A stretch of DNA of 64,000 bases. It comes from Catajapyx aquilonaris. Its lineage: Eukaryota. This document shows, piece by piece, positions 12,901 through 27,900 of this stretch. The DNA is taken from assembly GCA_000934665.2 (NCBI GenBank), contig KZ538031.1, positions 1 to 64,000 on the forward strand, written 5' to 3'. Position 1 is the stretch's first letter. The number at the start of each line of letters is the position of its first letter. The notes beneath the pieces were generated by a model. That model had not been told where the DNA came from, made no database searches, and saw only the letters and a program-made list of their open reading frames with translations. The position numbers and the translations under genes were made by a program.

Positions 12901-15900
12901 ATACTTTCGTAAATACATTTCAAATACATTTTTTGTTAATGTGAACTATTTCTTGCCATCATTATTTGGATAAAAAATGAAAACATAGCATATTTCTATT
13001 ATTACGAGGCGCATCCAGAAAGTAAGGTCCATTTTTAAATTATTAGAAAAACCACAATGCACCCCAGAATTTTTATTTACACATCTGAAATAGGCAACTG
13101 TCTACTTTTTTCAAAAATAGTTTCCAGCCAAATCGAGGCATTTTTCATTGAGTTACACACGATTTTGTATGCCTATGTCATAGAAGTCTGCCGCAAGCTA
13201 TTTCCGCGACCCCTGAACGCTGGATTGCAATTCTTCTTCATTGTCAACATTATGCTTTGCAAGCCATTTCTTTCTGTCAATGCACAGGTAGTAATCGCTA
13301 GGCTCCAAATCACAAGTGATCAAACAATTCTCACTTGAATTGTTGCAGCAGGGTTCCAGCACGTAAAGACAGTAGGCAGACGGGCATTGTCCGAGGGTCT
13401 GTCGGCAATATTATACCGATACGTTCCTTATTAATGGCCATCCTTATCTTCTGTACCCCTTTTGGATTGATCAAACGTAGCGTTGAGTTTCGTGGTGTTT
13501 TCTTGCGCGACAGTGCCTGTCTGCCTAGTGCCTTGCGTATACTGGAACCATGCCCCAACAATATATTCAAATGTGAATTGTTAGATCACCCGGGCAAGGT
13601 TGCACCCGGGATTTAGAGCCTAGCAATAATGACCACCTGTAAATGGACAGGAAGAAATGGCTTGCAAAGCAGAATGTTGACGATGACGAGGAATTGCATT
13701 CCAGCGTTCAGGGGTCGCGAAAATTACTTCTATGACATAAACATACAAAATATTGGGGAGGTGCGGTGGCAGAGATGGCTTGCTGTGTGAAAGGCCCCAG
13801 GTTCGACCCCCGCCTGGGAGTTCCCTTTCACCTGCGTCAGGAGGGTCTCTGACCCGTACCTTGAAGGTGTCTGGCAACCTAACCTCCTGGGGGACATGCA
13901 CATGGCTCAAACTTGAGACATTGCACCTGCACCTACGTTCCCTCCCCAAAAATCCCTACCCTTACCCAATGTCCTTGATTTCCCTGCACCGGAGTTGAAT
14001 AAAAACCAAAAATAATTAAGAAAATATGGTGGTATCCCACCTCCCCTAAAAAAAACCACTGGCTCTATCACAGGGTAGAAGAAGAAGACATACAAAATCG
14101 TGTGTATAACTCAATGAAAAATGCCTCGATTTGGCTGGAAACTATTTTGCAAAAATGTAGACAGTTGTTGATTTCAGATGTGTAAAAATAAAAATTCTGG
14201 GGGTGCATTGGAATTTGTCTAATTTAAAAAAAACGTAACTTAATTTCTGAACGCGCCTCGTATCATGCTGCAAGCTGCCTAGGAGAAAAAGCTGCCAATT
14301 TGCTGCTTTTATTTCATTATAGGTATCAGAATTAAGAATTATGCAAATAATATTAAAAGGGAATTAGGGAAAGTATTTACGATATGTATTTAAATACTTC
14401 AGTATTTAAATAGTCAGAAATGTATTGAAATACAGTATTTAAATACAGGAAAATCAATGTAGTTATAAATACATATCTAAATACCAAGAAGTATTTAAAT
14501 ACGTATTTAAATACATTTGTATTTAAATACTGCCCATCCCTGCACACTTCACATATTATAACTATAGTCAGGTGGAATTATAAAAGCCAGTTGCATAAAT
14601 CTGTACAGGCACATAGCAATGCCAGTAGGAGTTTTATTTTCTGGGAGAATCCCATGCAAGAATGTGCTATGAGAAGGTTAAGCAACTGGCCCTAAGTCTG
14701 CTGACTTATTTCATGTGTAAAGACATGTGTTTTAACCTCATAAAATGTGGAATTTTTAAATCGCATTCTGTAGAAGAAAATGTCATTTCCATTATTAGTA
14801 CCTTAACCATCACTGCTTTCCGGAGCATCTCATTTTTCAGCATTGCACAGAATAGCAGTAATGTCTGTGATGAACATTTCCTACTCATAAAGCATCAGTT
14901 GAAATTACTCAAGCAATGAAAAATTGAAACAACTGTGCAACTTGTAATAATATTGTTCCCTAGTATCTTCAATAGGGTCGGAGTTTGCAGGACGAAAAAA
15001 TGCCATAACAGAGTTTCTGACTGCTAATAACTCGTGAAGTACAGTGTAAGTGCAGCACAATCTTAGTGAGTTATTACTCTTTCATAGCAAAGTGGACTTG
15101 CAATATGTAATAAAGGAGCCCCAGACAACTCTCACAATTGAAATAAAATGCTACTGTTTTCCTGGGTTCAAGAATGTTTCCACATGAGCCTAATCCCAAA
15201 GTCCTGGCGCAAATAACGCATGTCCAGCCAAGCAACAGAATCGGAAATGAAATTACTACCGCCGCTGCTGCTGCTACTCATTTCACGCAGTATTGCACTA
15301 GATTCTCTTTGCAAATCTTCAAAGTGCAAATAACTTTGACAGGCTTCTTTGCTGATAATGATAATCCTCTGACCTGAGATATGAGCGCCAGGTGTAAGGA
15401 AAGTAAGCGGGATAAACTCACATGAGCAAGAATTGAATCGAAGATCCTTCAATCAAAATTTCTAGCCCGATGATTGGTCACTTACAGAAGTAATCAAACA
15501 CTTGTCCCACCGTGACATAAAAGGATTCCTTCCACATTTAAAAAAAAAAAACTTTTTTAGTTAACTGCCATGAGCTTTCGTAAAAGTTGTTCCATATAGT
15601 GTTAGATGAAAAAGTAAAACTCAATTTCATCCTTCGGTTTCTGATTTAGCGAAAATACGCGTTTGAAGTTCGCAAAAAGTTCAATTTTCCCCTCTTTTAA
15701 ATCACCACAGGAGGTTCCCAAGTTCTTAGATGACTTGTACTGTTTCTGGAAATCGTACATGACGACTTATTTTGCAAATTTCTCACTAAAACTACAACAA
15801 AACCTCCATTGTTTGAAGTGTCCACCCACATTTTGCATCACTTTGCACACCTTCCCTGCGATTAGGAAATGACTGCGAAATCATCGACTTCATCAAATGT

Positions 15901-18900
15901 CACTTATTAGTGAACAATACGCGACTAGAACTTAATCGCAATTTTAAATTCGCGAATATCAGTATCGCAGTTTCGCAATAACAGGGTAAAATTACGTTTC
16001 CCATTTCATATATATTCGGTATTAAAAATTACTGCTGCAAAATTTACCAAAATCTCGATGCGGAAATCGGCCATTACGTTTTTTTGAATAAGTCAATTCC
16101 TCCTCTCCTTTTCAATTGCCCGCGAGTACTCTGCCCTGATAAACGCGTAAATTCACATTGAATGAGATCCACCAGATACTATAGTATTTCGCATCATGAA
16201 CATGTGGAGTCGGCTAACATATCAAGCGGAACAGGTGCTGTCTTCCCATGAAAATGTCGAGCTGAATTAGTAAATTCTAAGAGATGTTAAGTCACGCCAA
16301 CCTATGCGGGTTTCGCTTCCTCTTTGATCTTCAGGTACAAACCGCACTTGTCTTCGCCTCGTATTGAAACACGTCTCAGGTCAGACCGTCCTACGCATAA
16401 TTCAACAATTGAAACTTGCGTTCCAAATTTCACTCACTGGGCTTCCTTTGAAGCAGTGTATCGCTCCACAGAATCATGTGAACGGTGCGGAATTCAATAG
16501 CCTCTCTCGATATACGCCATAAATATCCTCTTCATCAAAGTACAGCATTTTCTAGGTTTCAGTCGACGGCTGCTCTAGCAGATAATATCTGTCGGATGAA
16601 ATGATGCTCTGTACAGAATACTGCAATCAGAAGTGAAGGTTTCCCTATAGAATGAGTGGGATTGCAAAAAAAACTAATCTGTGTCTGCCTATAGCCCAAT
16701 CAAAATGACGTAGACGCCCATTTATTAGTTGAAAACAGCAGGTATAACCTCCAATGTGTGTTAACTACAAGGCACTACTATAGTCTGCATGTTTAAGACT
16801 CCAACAAGTGCGTTGTTGAATATACCATATGTACGACCTTGACCGAAGTGCTTCTGCTTTGTTTCTCTATACTCCTACGAAATTTTTAGCTGGCCAAACT
16901 CCGGGGCATTATACAAAGACACAAAAGAGGTTGCCTCGATCTAGTAAGGTTTCTACATTATATAACATTTTTCAGCTGACAAAGCTGCTGAGGCGTATCA
17001 ATGGCAAAAAAGGAACCAGCAAAGTAGGGTTTCTCGGTAGTCACACAAAAGTTCGTCCCACGGTATGACAAATCCCTCCGTCAATATATGGGGTGATATG
17101 CCATTGTGTAGCTAAAGGAGCTTTTAACTATATTTCTAGATGCATCGCCATAAAATATATATGAAGACGCGCAGTTTCGAGGGATTTGGGAGATGAAGAA
17201 AATGTCATTAGTGTACAGGTAAAACACGATGGATTGCTCCAATTGTGCAGGAAACTTCAAAAATGTGGTGTAAACCGTCAGTTTTTGGATAAGTGTGTAC
17301 ACATCGGACACCAATCCATAAATAAGCTCCAAGGACAAAATGATTCTCAGGTGTATTTCGTTCTCATTTGGATAATTAACCTACTTGCCTATACCCCCCC
17401 TGTTGTCAGGGGAGATTGGTAAATCGAGACTGACTGCTCAACAGGTCTCTCATCATTTCAGAGAAGAGCCCACTCTGACTGACTATAGGAAATCGGTCCA
17501 GATTTAAAACGACATTATTACTTTTGTAAGCTATACCTATCCCAATCATCCTATTCTGGACATTTATGAAATTAAAGGCTGAGGAGTTATTTTCAGCCAA
17601 TAATAAAGATCTTTACTCGACACAAAAGCAGATCGACTATGGAGATATGCAAATAGCTTGTGACTATACAACGCCCTATAAAGCTTCTGTCCGTAGGAAA
17701 ACAAGCAGAAAAGTCAATACTTGCATTACGGGCGTTATCCATCACCAGCATTGAAACTTGATACTTATTTCATGAGGCAATGTTTCCAGAATAGCTTTCT
17801 GAGTTGTACCTTAGTTTGTTAAAAAGGCATGGCAGGTTATCCCCCGGGTGATGCGAGGCTTAATGCAGCTTCATGCCCCTGAGGGATGTGAAATTTGGAA
17901 GGACTTGCTTTTTGTACATGACAGTCCTAGACTCTTTCATTTGACAGCTTTTTTTTCCCTTTATGTTCACTTTATCGCAGAGTTGTTCCGCACGCAGCTT
18001 TATGCAAAACAAGAATCAAACAATCAGTTGCTACCATGTGTGGCAATGAGCGCGAATTGCTCAACAATCAACTACCAGATATAGTGTTAAGTCACGCTAT
18101 TGATATGGATATATGCCATTCACTCCAAGCAGGTGTGCCGATCAAACTGAGTTACACATTCGCCTATTTGGCAAAAACAAGAGCTAACCGCGAATGTTAG
18201 CAGCATTTGGAGGTTGCTGCACTCCAGTCTCTGGAATGCATAATCGGCATCTACTGCAATGATGGAAAATAGAAATATAACACTCTGAATACATTGTTGC
18301 TAACATTCCTGGAGTGATAGTACTACACTAAGCTCCTAAGAGGAGCAATTCAAGATTACTGAAGAGGAGTACACATTCGGTTAGTACATCTCTCTACAGA
18401 TAATGAGACGCCAACACACCGTAATCAAAAATCCCACCTTATAAACTTGAGTGAAATATTACGCAAGATTGTACATTCATGGTATAAGTACTGCCCAATG
18501 GGGGTACAATCTAACTTATAAATAAAAGGGCTATATTCTCACTCCACGTCTTTCCGTGCATGTTGGGCGTAGCTTTGCCACAGCTTCCTTTTGAGGTCTG
18601 TCAATGCTGAAGATAATTTTTGACCTTAATGCAAATTCTTGCTCGATGACACGTTACAATTTGTAAAATATGGGCGGGTTGGGGGGGGGGGGGATGTAAT
18701 TCTCCATCATGTTCACAGACGGCTGCACGAGATTGGTGGAGGTGAGACAATTGCTTAGCCTCATACGTCACAAGGCTTAAAACGGATTCATCTTGTCGGG
18801 TCATGTGAACATTGTCTACCAGTCAAGGTCAGAAATGACCTTCAGTAGTTGACAGTCCTCAAAAGGAACGATGTAGCAACACGCTATACAATCGAGATCG

Positions 18901-21900
18901 AATACCGTCTGTTACTTTGTCCGGCTATGTCCAATTTAAAATTTATTGAAGAAATATGTCCAGGAAAAAAAAACTTCGATTCTTTTCTTTGGAGCAATGT
19001 AATCAGAAAACGTACCGTGATATGGAAAATCAATTTCGATACATAAATTTTTACTTTTCGCTCGTAATCATCCTGGCAACTGCATTTTATCACGCAAAAA
19101 CCATCGAAATTCTACTGCAGTAAATTGTCAAAACACTTGGCTGTAAATAATTAAACCGTGTACACTTTTCTGCAGAGAAGTATTCATGTACAAATCAATG
19201 CCAAGAATGATCAGACACACAATTTCGTTTTTAAAATTTTCATTGACGAATTTTCCACGAATGAACTTACACACCATGAAAATCAAATATCCATCCAGTT
19301 CTTCGATTCTGTTACTGCACCACGGTTAGAAAAATTATAAAAGACGATGGGGTAAACAGCTCTGAGATCTCTGTGTTTCTACTCTATTGTTTCATATGGT
19401 ATTGCAAACATCGACAATGACGTCCGATACCGTTGGAGCTCGAACACGATGGAAATCCGTATTGCCATCATTATACCCTCGATTGTACTGTACATATTTC
19501 CCCAAAAATAATGATGGCATGGCCAAAGGCAGTTAACAGTAATGATAGGGTAAGTAGAAGAGATATTGGCCCAAAATTATAATGCTGGGCCTAGTTCTTA
19601 CTTTGTCAATGGATGGTGCCATAAAAAGACATGTCTTTCTTCACCTTTACCCCCGGTGGAATCGTGGGAACAATGACAGCCCATGTACCCACTATCCAGC
19701 AACTTCGCTGACTATACGTTCGGCTATAGTGACCGGATTACATTGGTTTGTAATGGTTTATTGGGAGAAATGACATATGTTGAAACAGAAAATGATTTAC
19801 ATATACGCACGCAATAGTAACATTACGAAGGCTTTGAAACCGTCAAAAGCTCTCATTTGATTTTTATAACCCCCTTCAACACTCCAGTGAAACCAATTTC
19901 TTGCAAATATTGTAATATGGGGCTACACATCCGACTATTGTTATGGAATAGATGGATAACCTTTTACCAACTAATCGCCAAATGAGTCATAGTGGCAAGC
20001 TCAAGTGTTCCTTTATCGCCCGCACAGCTTTGTTTAGCAGACCTTTTCTGCTGCCATGGCACAAACGTTGCAGTTAGTATTAAGTTGCAGTTCCTCTGAT
20101 ACTCTACATCAATGGCTATCAACATCCTTAGCTGACAAAGACATTTCGCGTTTGACGCAGTTTTCAGAAGAAGTTGTGCCAAATGGGGTCGATATACATA
20201 TTTGCTTCTTTTTTCCCCTCCTGAAATACATCGAGAAGCCAAGGACTCCCTCCCACAGATATTTTCCATCAGACGGAACCCAGGCGGCCAAGAAATTGCC
20301 AGTCCAAACATGAATGCACCTCCGATTGCCATTCAGCCGTCTTTCAATACGAAAACTAGCAAAACGCGCAATTTACTATTTCCGGACACAACCACACTGT
20401 AACCCGCACCGAAGCAGACAACCTCACAGTCGTTGACAATAGAACAAATCAACTCACCTCATCCATTGAGACTGACACCCCATCCACCAGATACCTCAGC
20501 TCATTGTCCGTCTGGATGAATGCTGCAAAGAGAATGGAATAATTACTCCCTCGCTATAACAATACCCGTAGCCAACATTTTTACCTTTGTACTCGCACAT
20601 GACCCGACCATGTATCAGCGCAAGCACCATAACCCATGCCTTCATCTTACGTGGGTTCAACATATTGTTTTGGTACTAATGTCAAGGAAGGAGACCAGTG
20701 CGACCAAGGTCGCCCCGGCCACTGAAATTGGTCTGCCTACGTGACATGTATTCCCAGCTCGAAATAAATATTCAAGCACCTTTACACACCCGCACCTACA
20801 AATGGTGAGCTGCTGAGAACCGATTGGCTCGTGCTCAAAGTGACGTATATGTGCTCAAAATCCCCCTCCACAGAAAAGACAGGGCGCAGGTTTGAATCAA
20901 AAGCAAAAAGGGGTGAAGTTATTGCGAGGTATGACCCCCATCGGTGCATCTTTGATGTCCTCCAGAGTGTCCGGCGTGACATCGTCGAGTATATGGCGTA
21001 ACCGCGTCTAATTGTGACCGCGGTCTTGTCCTCAAGGAAATCCATAAACGAGTACATCACAAAAATTTCTCCAAGTGGCCGTGGTGGTCGGCCAATGGGG
21101 ACGGGCCACGCAGGTCGTCTCGTTTAATAAATCAAACGACGGTTCTGCTGGATTACCGTTTTTTGAGGGTGATATACAGTTGGCTCCTTGACGTATTACA
21201 GACCAGGATAAATACGGAACCGTCGCTGGTGGCAACCTCATGTTTCCTTTGACTCGACGCTAAGTGACTGCCGGTTGAAGAAATCGCACAATGATTACTC
21301 CACGACTGACAAGCTTGAATATATCTAACCCTGGGAGCCCTGCACAATAGCATGATGGGCGATTCAGTGAATACCCTCCCAAATTGCCTCATTTCACTAT
21401 AGTTGCGTCTTTTATGAGCTGTGGTCGTCGTGTGGTGCGAGTATAGCTTAAAATATTCCACGTCAGTTTCTGCAGCTGGCCATTTACCAAGACTTGCTGT
21501 GAATATTGGCAGGTGTCGGCATTTTATACGTTACCAGCAGTGGTGCTTGAAAATCATTGCTAATTTATCAACAAGTTTGGTTCTCGCAAAGCATCATTCA
21601 TGATGGTGCCAGCTTGGTTATCAACCATGTTGTAACTGGAATTTGAATGAGATAATACTGGACAGAAAGGATGTGTGTCATACTGTACTTGTGGTGGGCC
21701 ATGATATTGCTCCAAGATTTTTAAAAATACAGGCAAAATAAAATCATATTGGCCCAGTTGAGACCAGCCAAGTGCACAGGCCACTCGAAAATTATGTGTG
21801 CGGAGCATTTGTGTGTTTCATGCCTAACTTACGGCAAAAGTGCATGCCTTCTGTAGAACTGGTACATATTTAAAAAAAGCGATACCGTGGGCCTTTTGAA

Positions 21901-24900
21901 CAATTCGCATAAAACCCCAACTTTGAAGCAAAGAGACGTCATGCAGCAGACGCATACTTCAGTGCGTGCCCCGTGAAGTTATTACACAGAAAAAATGTTA
22001 GGTCGCCCACTGTGAAATATGTTTGCTAAAGATTGTCGTCCTGACGTGTATAAAAACCTCATTTTACTGAATGTTATTTTTAAAATTAACACCCGTTTCG
22101 ACACTTTCAATCAAGAAACCATACGGTGCGGGAACTACATGACACCGTAACCTTTCGCTCATATAAGAAAATGGTATAAGGTGAAGTGGGGTAAGTGCAT
22201 ACACGGGGTAAGTGCATACACGGGGCCGCCATATTGGAATGAAAATGGCTGACGACACCAAAACACGTCAGGCACTCTTTTGTGTAGCTGCACATCACAT
22301 CCCCACAAGAGGTGAGCATGTCAGCCATTTTCATTCCAATATGGCGGCCAGTTTATGCACTTACCCCACTTCACCTTAGTAATATTTTGTCCTATAGATA
22401 GCAGAACCTTAGACTCACCCAGACATATTTCTGCGAAATTCTCTCCCCTTGGCTCTGGGTACTGAATCCTGTAAATCTATACGCGACTGTTGTCGAAGTA
22501 GGGCTTCACCAACTTGTTTACAAGCACTTTCCAAAACAGAAACCCTGCAACAAAACATGATATAGTGTTCCGATCGGTAGCCTTAAGTAGTCCCTAAATA
22601 TCCTTCATTATACTACAGTGAACCAAATCTCCACAGGTAACTAAATCCGCAGGAAGATTATCGACCATATAACTACGCCCATGCAATTCTTTTTCAGTCT
22701 TGTGTGCTACAGTAACGTAACTTACACCGAAGGAGGTGGAAGTCATGTTATGATTATGTAATATCCGAGGTTCCGCATATCAAACCACAACACGTGTATA
22801 TCTAAAAAATAAAAAAATGCGCGGTTTCTGCCTCTTCACATCCAACTGAATTACAAGTCTTATTGACAATATCAGGACCTGTCGATTGGCGGTGCTCAGC
22901 AAGCAGCACGACATAAACTCTGAGTGACATCTGCTCACAAGTACGACCCAAGTATGGATTGGTTTGCTCAAGTCAGGTCCGACGCCCAAGCATGATGGAA
23001 CTTCCACACGCCTCATTGCCAGTAAGACTCAGCCATTCTAGTAATAACCATTATTATACCAGATCTGATCGTGAGTACATAAGGCGTAATGAAAGTGGTA
23101 TTCAACGTTTTTGTTTCCACAATAATTTTACAACGAGTTTGCGCAATCTTTACAATAACTAATAGGCTGTTAACAAATTGGCTTCAGGACAACCATCCAA
23201 CTTGTACCATGATAATAAAAGAGCTGTCCATATTAGTTGTAATAATTACCAGACTACCACCGGTAACTCAGCCATTACCCGCAATATTTTGGCAGACAAG
23301 CCCACGGACCCTTGGGGGTCCTTGGACCACCGGTTGAAGACCGCTGGTGTAATATGTGGTGCACAAATATTTCGAGCTCAAGCTATCCGGAGCCAGTCCC
23401 GCATCCGGAGAATTACTGGTCCGGAGGTCTAATCCTACCGTCCCCAAAGTGGCAATAAGCGGTTTCGTCAGAGTAGATTATGTAGTGGTGCGGAAAGCTC
23501 TGTCGCGCATGAGTGTAGCCTCAGAAGTCGCACTAAATTCACATGTTTTCTCACATATCTGCGGCACCGCCCCCCAATGATAATGTCAACAAAACAAAGT
23601 TCTTCAGCAGCAGTGTCATCACACACAAAAAAAGTTTGTTTTGAAAGGGCGTTTTTTTACAGATCGTCGCCCCTGATCATGTCTTATCCACTATACCTTC
23701 TTTCCCATCAGAGTTATCAGAGTTCAAGAAACTGCGTATGGGGATACCCACCATTGCACTGGTGACACCAAGGGTGACACTAGATCGCATCGGACCAGTT
23801 TGCTTAGTTCTTACGGGTACGATTACGTCGCGTGACCATAGCCTTATCTGACACTGGTACGTAATTTGTCCATCTCCGATCATGCACACATCAACAGTCT
23901 GGGCTATTCATCTCTTCCAAGAAAGTCTTCCACAGCGATCAAACACCCCATCAGATATTGCACGGCTCCCTTTCCCCAACATTTCAACAGACAACTTCTC
24001 GAACGAGATACACTTTGAAACACAATGCGACTACTCCCATCGCCTCGTTTCTGCGTGAACAACTTTGATATTCAAAAGTCAAACCTCATCGTCGCAGGGG
24101 TTATTCGATAATAAATATACCTCACCGAATCCACGTCCCTATATGTATACAACACCCAACCTAATCAAAAACCTAACCTACGGCAAGGAGTTAGAACCCT
24201 TCATCATCAACCATGAGAACGTGCTGTTTTGAATTACGCAGTACATTATTTATAGCACCGCTGCAAACAGTGCGGTATATACGCGACTTTTGGGCAGATA
24301 GAAAACAGTGCAATATACACCTGCACATCTGATCCCGAACCTCCTCAAGGTAACCTAACCAACAATGCGTATATATGGGTTAACCACACGTCTGCATCAC
24401 GTATATATAATAAATCAGTCGAACGAGCCCAATTGTGTTGGCCAAGCATAACATAACTGTCATTCACTAATTTAATAATGGCGAGTAAATTCTGTTCCTG
24501 AAGGCCATGCAGCAGATAATTATTTCGTATTCTGCACCATTTTTCCAGAACATTGTCACACAATTAGTGCCGAATCAGACATGGTACACCAACCCAAGTT
24601 CATTGCAATTCTGACATATTTATGAGCAATATTGAATTCACCCAGCCACTTCCTCGTGTAATATGCTGTCAGGTCGCCTGTAATATATGTAATACGTCCG
24701 ATGAGCCATAAACACAATTATAATGCGAACCTATGCAAGGTGTATCGGCTCCAGGCTTAGCCCTTCCCCGAGAGCTACCCTAAACATAACTTCTGGATAA
24801 TATTCTAGATGCCCACAGGTAGTTGCTGAAGCCAACTTCCCCATAACCGTAATCTCATTTCCGCGCAGCCATGAAATTAATACAGGCCGGTGTTTAATGA

Positions 24901-27900
24901 ACCAGTACTACGTAGTTTCTTCCTATTAATCAGCAGTAAGGTCAGGTTATCACACCCGCAAAAATGATCCCGATAATGTTTATCACCCAGAATTGAGAAC
25001 GTAACTCCTTTTTTTCCCTCCCCATCATACTGACGTGTCAGCAAAGTGGGATCGTGCCAAAAAAATTGTCGCAAATTTTTGTTTTGCATGCAAATCGTCC
25101 AGCTTCAGACTTATACAAGGGACCTTTCCAATTCATCACACCCTGAGAATAATACGAGATGGCGTGACTACCCAAGACGTGTTTCATTCAATTGGAAACG
25201 AACTCAACGGAACTGAAACTTGCTCGTCCCTACTGTTTATTCCAGGAGATAAGTTCCCCCCTACCACCTCATAGCCCCCCCTTGTGTGCTACACTTATTG
25301 ATCCACTTTGAATCAGTTGTTTATGGCGGAGCACTAGGGGTGAGCCTCAGAGGGCCATTTTTAGGAAGGTAAAAGGTACCTGTCATCACCTGCACAGGTG
25401 CAAACCATTGACGTCAAAAAAAATTTTTTTAATGTTGTAGGTGTATATGTCATTTCCAAGTAGGACAGCTTTGTTGTCATGATGTTCATCCTTATCGAGA
25501 TGGAACTGTCCAAAGTGCAAGCCGCTTCCACGTCAGCCGGTTTGATCCATATCTGCTGGATACGCCGTGGAATATATTTTTTTTTCCATCACCGATTCTC
25601 CAATCGTTCAGGATATTTCCGCCAAAAGTTTTGGGCCCAATCATTTTCGCGCAGTATTTACTCAACCTACGCCCTACGGTGTTGGAACAACACGGCTGCG
25701 AACATGCGGATTATGCTCGAAAATACTGATTAACAATCCTGGCACTGTGATGTCGACTAATGGGAAGGGAGGAGGGATGTCTTTCGCTCCTGATTAATGC
25801 GTGATAAACTCGAAATGTCGCATAATGACAGCCACCAAATCCCTCTTTCAAGTGGTCCATTACATATATTACGTTATGTCACTGTACCCACTGAAAAACC
25901 AGCAGGCTGTTCAACCCTGGTAGCGATCGGGTTGACAACAAAGCATCCGCACAAAATATCATGATCAATCCCAATTACGTGTCTCAATATGTCCAATTGA
26001 GTCCCCCCGCCTTTACTCACTTTCTGGGTCGATATCGACCAAAAAGTAACCCCAGTCCCTTACTATTTGAGCTGTGTTTGACCTTTCACCGCGTCAAACA
26101 GATGCTGTGACCACCACAGCTGTACGTGTGACGTTTACTTCCAATAGTGACGTTGAACTTCGCACCACGGTTGTTACACACACAAAAAAACATACAAACA
26201 GAGGAGGCCGAATACTTCTGGCACCGATTCCAGCATTGCACTTACGCAGGAAAGCAACATAACAAAGTTAGTACTCGCGTGGGAAGTCGTTACATCACAT
26301 TGCTGATAACGTCAAACCCTTCTCTGCAAGCAAATATTTCTTTACCCTTTCCAAAAAAAAAAAAGTCATTACCTGTTGACACAACGTAACAAATGAAGTT
26401 CCGAGCATATATTGAGTTTGTGCCATTTAGAATTGTATAACAATTCGATTGTGCAAAAACTTGCAACGTAACCTCCTAATATTTCTCCTGGAAAAAAAAC
26501 ATATGTTTTCTCACCCCAATAATCGGTTCTGTTCTTTGCCCTCGGAGGAAAGCAGATTTCTTTCGATTTGCTCTATAGCCATGTTAAGACACCAGAGTAG
26601 AAAGTAGCCCATCTCCTTTCCCCAAGTGCTATCCTTTCTCCTGCAATAAACCTGCCTGATAGGTACAAAGGGAATGGAGCATATATACTCATGTTCAGAT
26701 TGAGGAAGCATATACAATTCCTAATGAAGCAAGATACTTCAAGGACAAAACAGCTTCCATTCTTGTTATTCTGAAGACAAAAAAAAAAGTCCAAAAATAG
26801 CCTTCAGATTGATTTCATGTGGCCATTAGCCGAAACGACAATACCTTACGTCAACGACGTTGTTTTCATTCAGGGACACACTATATGCGCAGTCTACTAA
26901 ATACAATGGATACAATAATAATTGAAAGGCTTCGTCCTGTTTTTCTGAGTCGACGGTAGAAACAGCAATTTGTGAAGTTAGACGACGCACTCTGGAGGTG
27001 GGCGGGATAATAAAGGGGGCACCTACACTAAGCCTATAATGAGCTCTACACAACATGCACTGATTACTGTAAGACAGATCAGCAGCATCCCAGTCCTAGT
27101 CGATACTTTACTAATTAATTATCCAGCTTGTTAAAACTGTACAAGCTTTCCCGAAAACCAATCGTCGCTCCAAACGCCAAGTGGCATTTTCCTAAAATAT
27201 TGAACCATCCCATATGAGTACAAACGACGACGATTAATAATCTAAGCACCTGGCTACCGGTCACTCCAGCAATGTGACGCAATCAACACCCGACTTTATT
27301 ACACCCCAGGCTTGGCCTTCACGTGTCCACCTCCCACCAAGGACGCAAATTGACCACGTTGATCGTCCAGTACCGCACACGGGTCAATCCGCGCGGACAC
27401 GCCCCGACCATACAAGTTTGATGCCTCCAAAGTGGCCCCGACGGCCCAATGTGACATCCTCAGTCGCGACCAAAAACCTTTTCCTCTTTCCCTTATCAAT
27501 AAGTTCAGGATATCCCGCCACAAAGTCTAAGCTTACATTTTTTTTTTTTTTTCCTCCTTGCCCCCAACATTCTGGCATTATCCACCTCAGGTACAAGGGG
27601 TGTCCTAAATATAGAACAGTATGGATACACACATTCACGCAACTGTATGTTATGAAAAATTAAAAATGAGTCGCATATATAGTCCACATATGCCTATTGA
27701 TTCCTTGTTTCAAAATCCTTTCCATGGCCGCCTTTGCTTGCTTTTACCTGATCCCCATACACGCAGGCGTGCCAGCCTCAATTAATCACGGTGCATGCTG
27801 CACTCTAATATGCAGAGTACTTGAATGCACTTCACCTTTTTATGGCGGTTATGTTGCATTAGTGCTGGGGGAAGCTGGAGCTGTTTTTGCTCGGGATGCA

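Larger units (their letters stand above)
12760..14542. mobile_element. Non-autonomous hAT DNA transposon (MITE), host of two nested insertions
   Basis: TIR CAGGGATGGGCA...TGCCCATCCCTG. Perfect 8-bp TSD CACACTTC at 12752-12759 and 14543-14550. Subterminal arrays of TAAATAC/GTATTTA motifs. Confidence 0.9.

Noticed and set aside
13752..13820. tRNA gene
   Set aside because: A and B boxes are present but there is no full cloverleaf. It is the head of a TSD-flanked SINE.
14973..16138. Possible large element with TAGGGTCGGAGT / ACTCTGCCCTG ends
   Set aside because: The terminal match is weak and there is no TSD.
16438..16620. Exon-like segment on the - strand (TTGCAG...CCCA|GTGAGT) in TMEM131 intron 2
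   Set aside because: It has an in-frame stop and no homology. It cannot be told from chance splice motifs without RNA data.
20782..21461. Overlapping 69-102 aa ORFs, possible nested gene or viral relic
   Set aside because: No recognisable motif and no coherent exon chain.
23277..23440. Fragments resembling hAT and Tigger MITE ends
   Set aside because: Single ends only, with no partner TIR or TSD.
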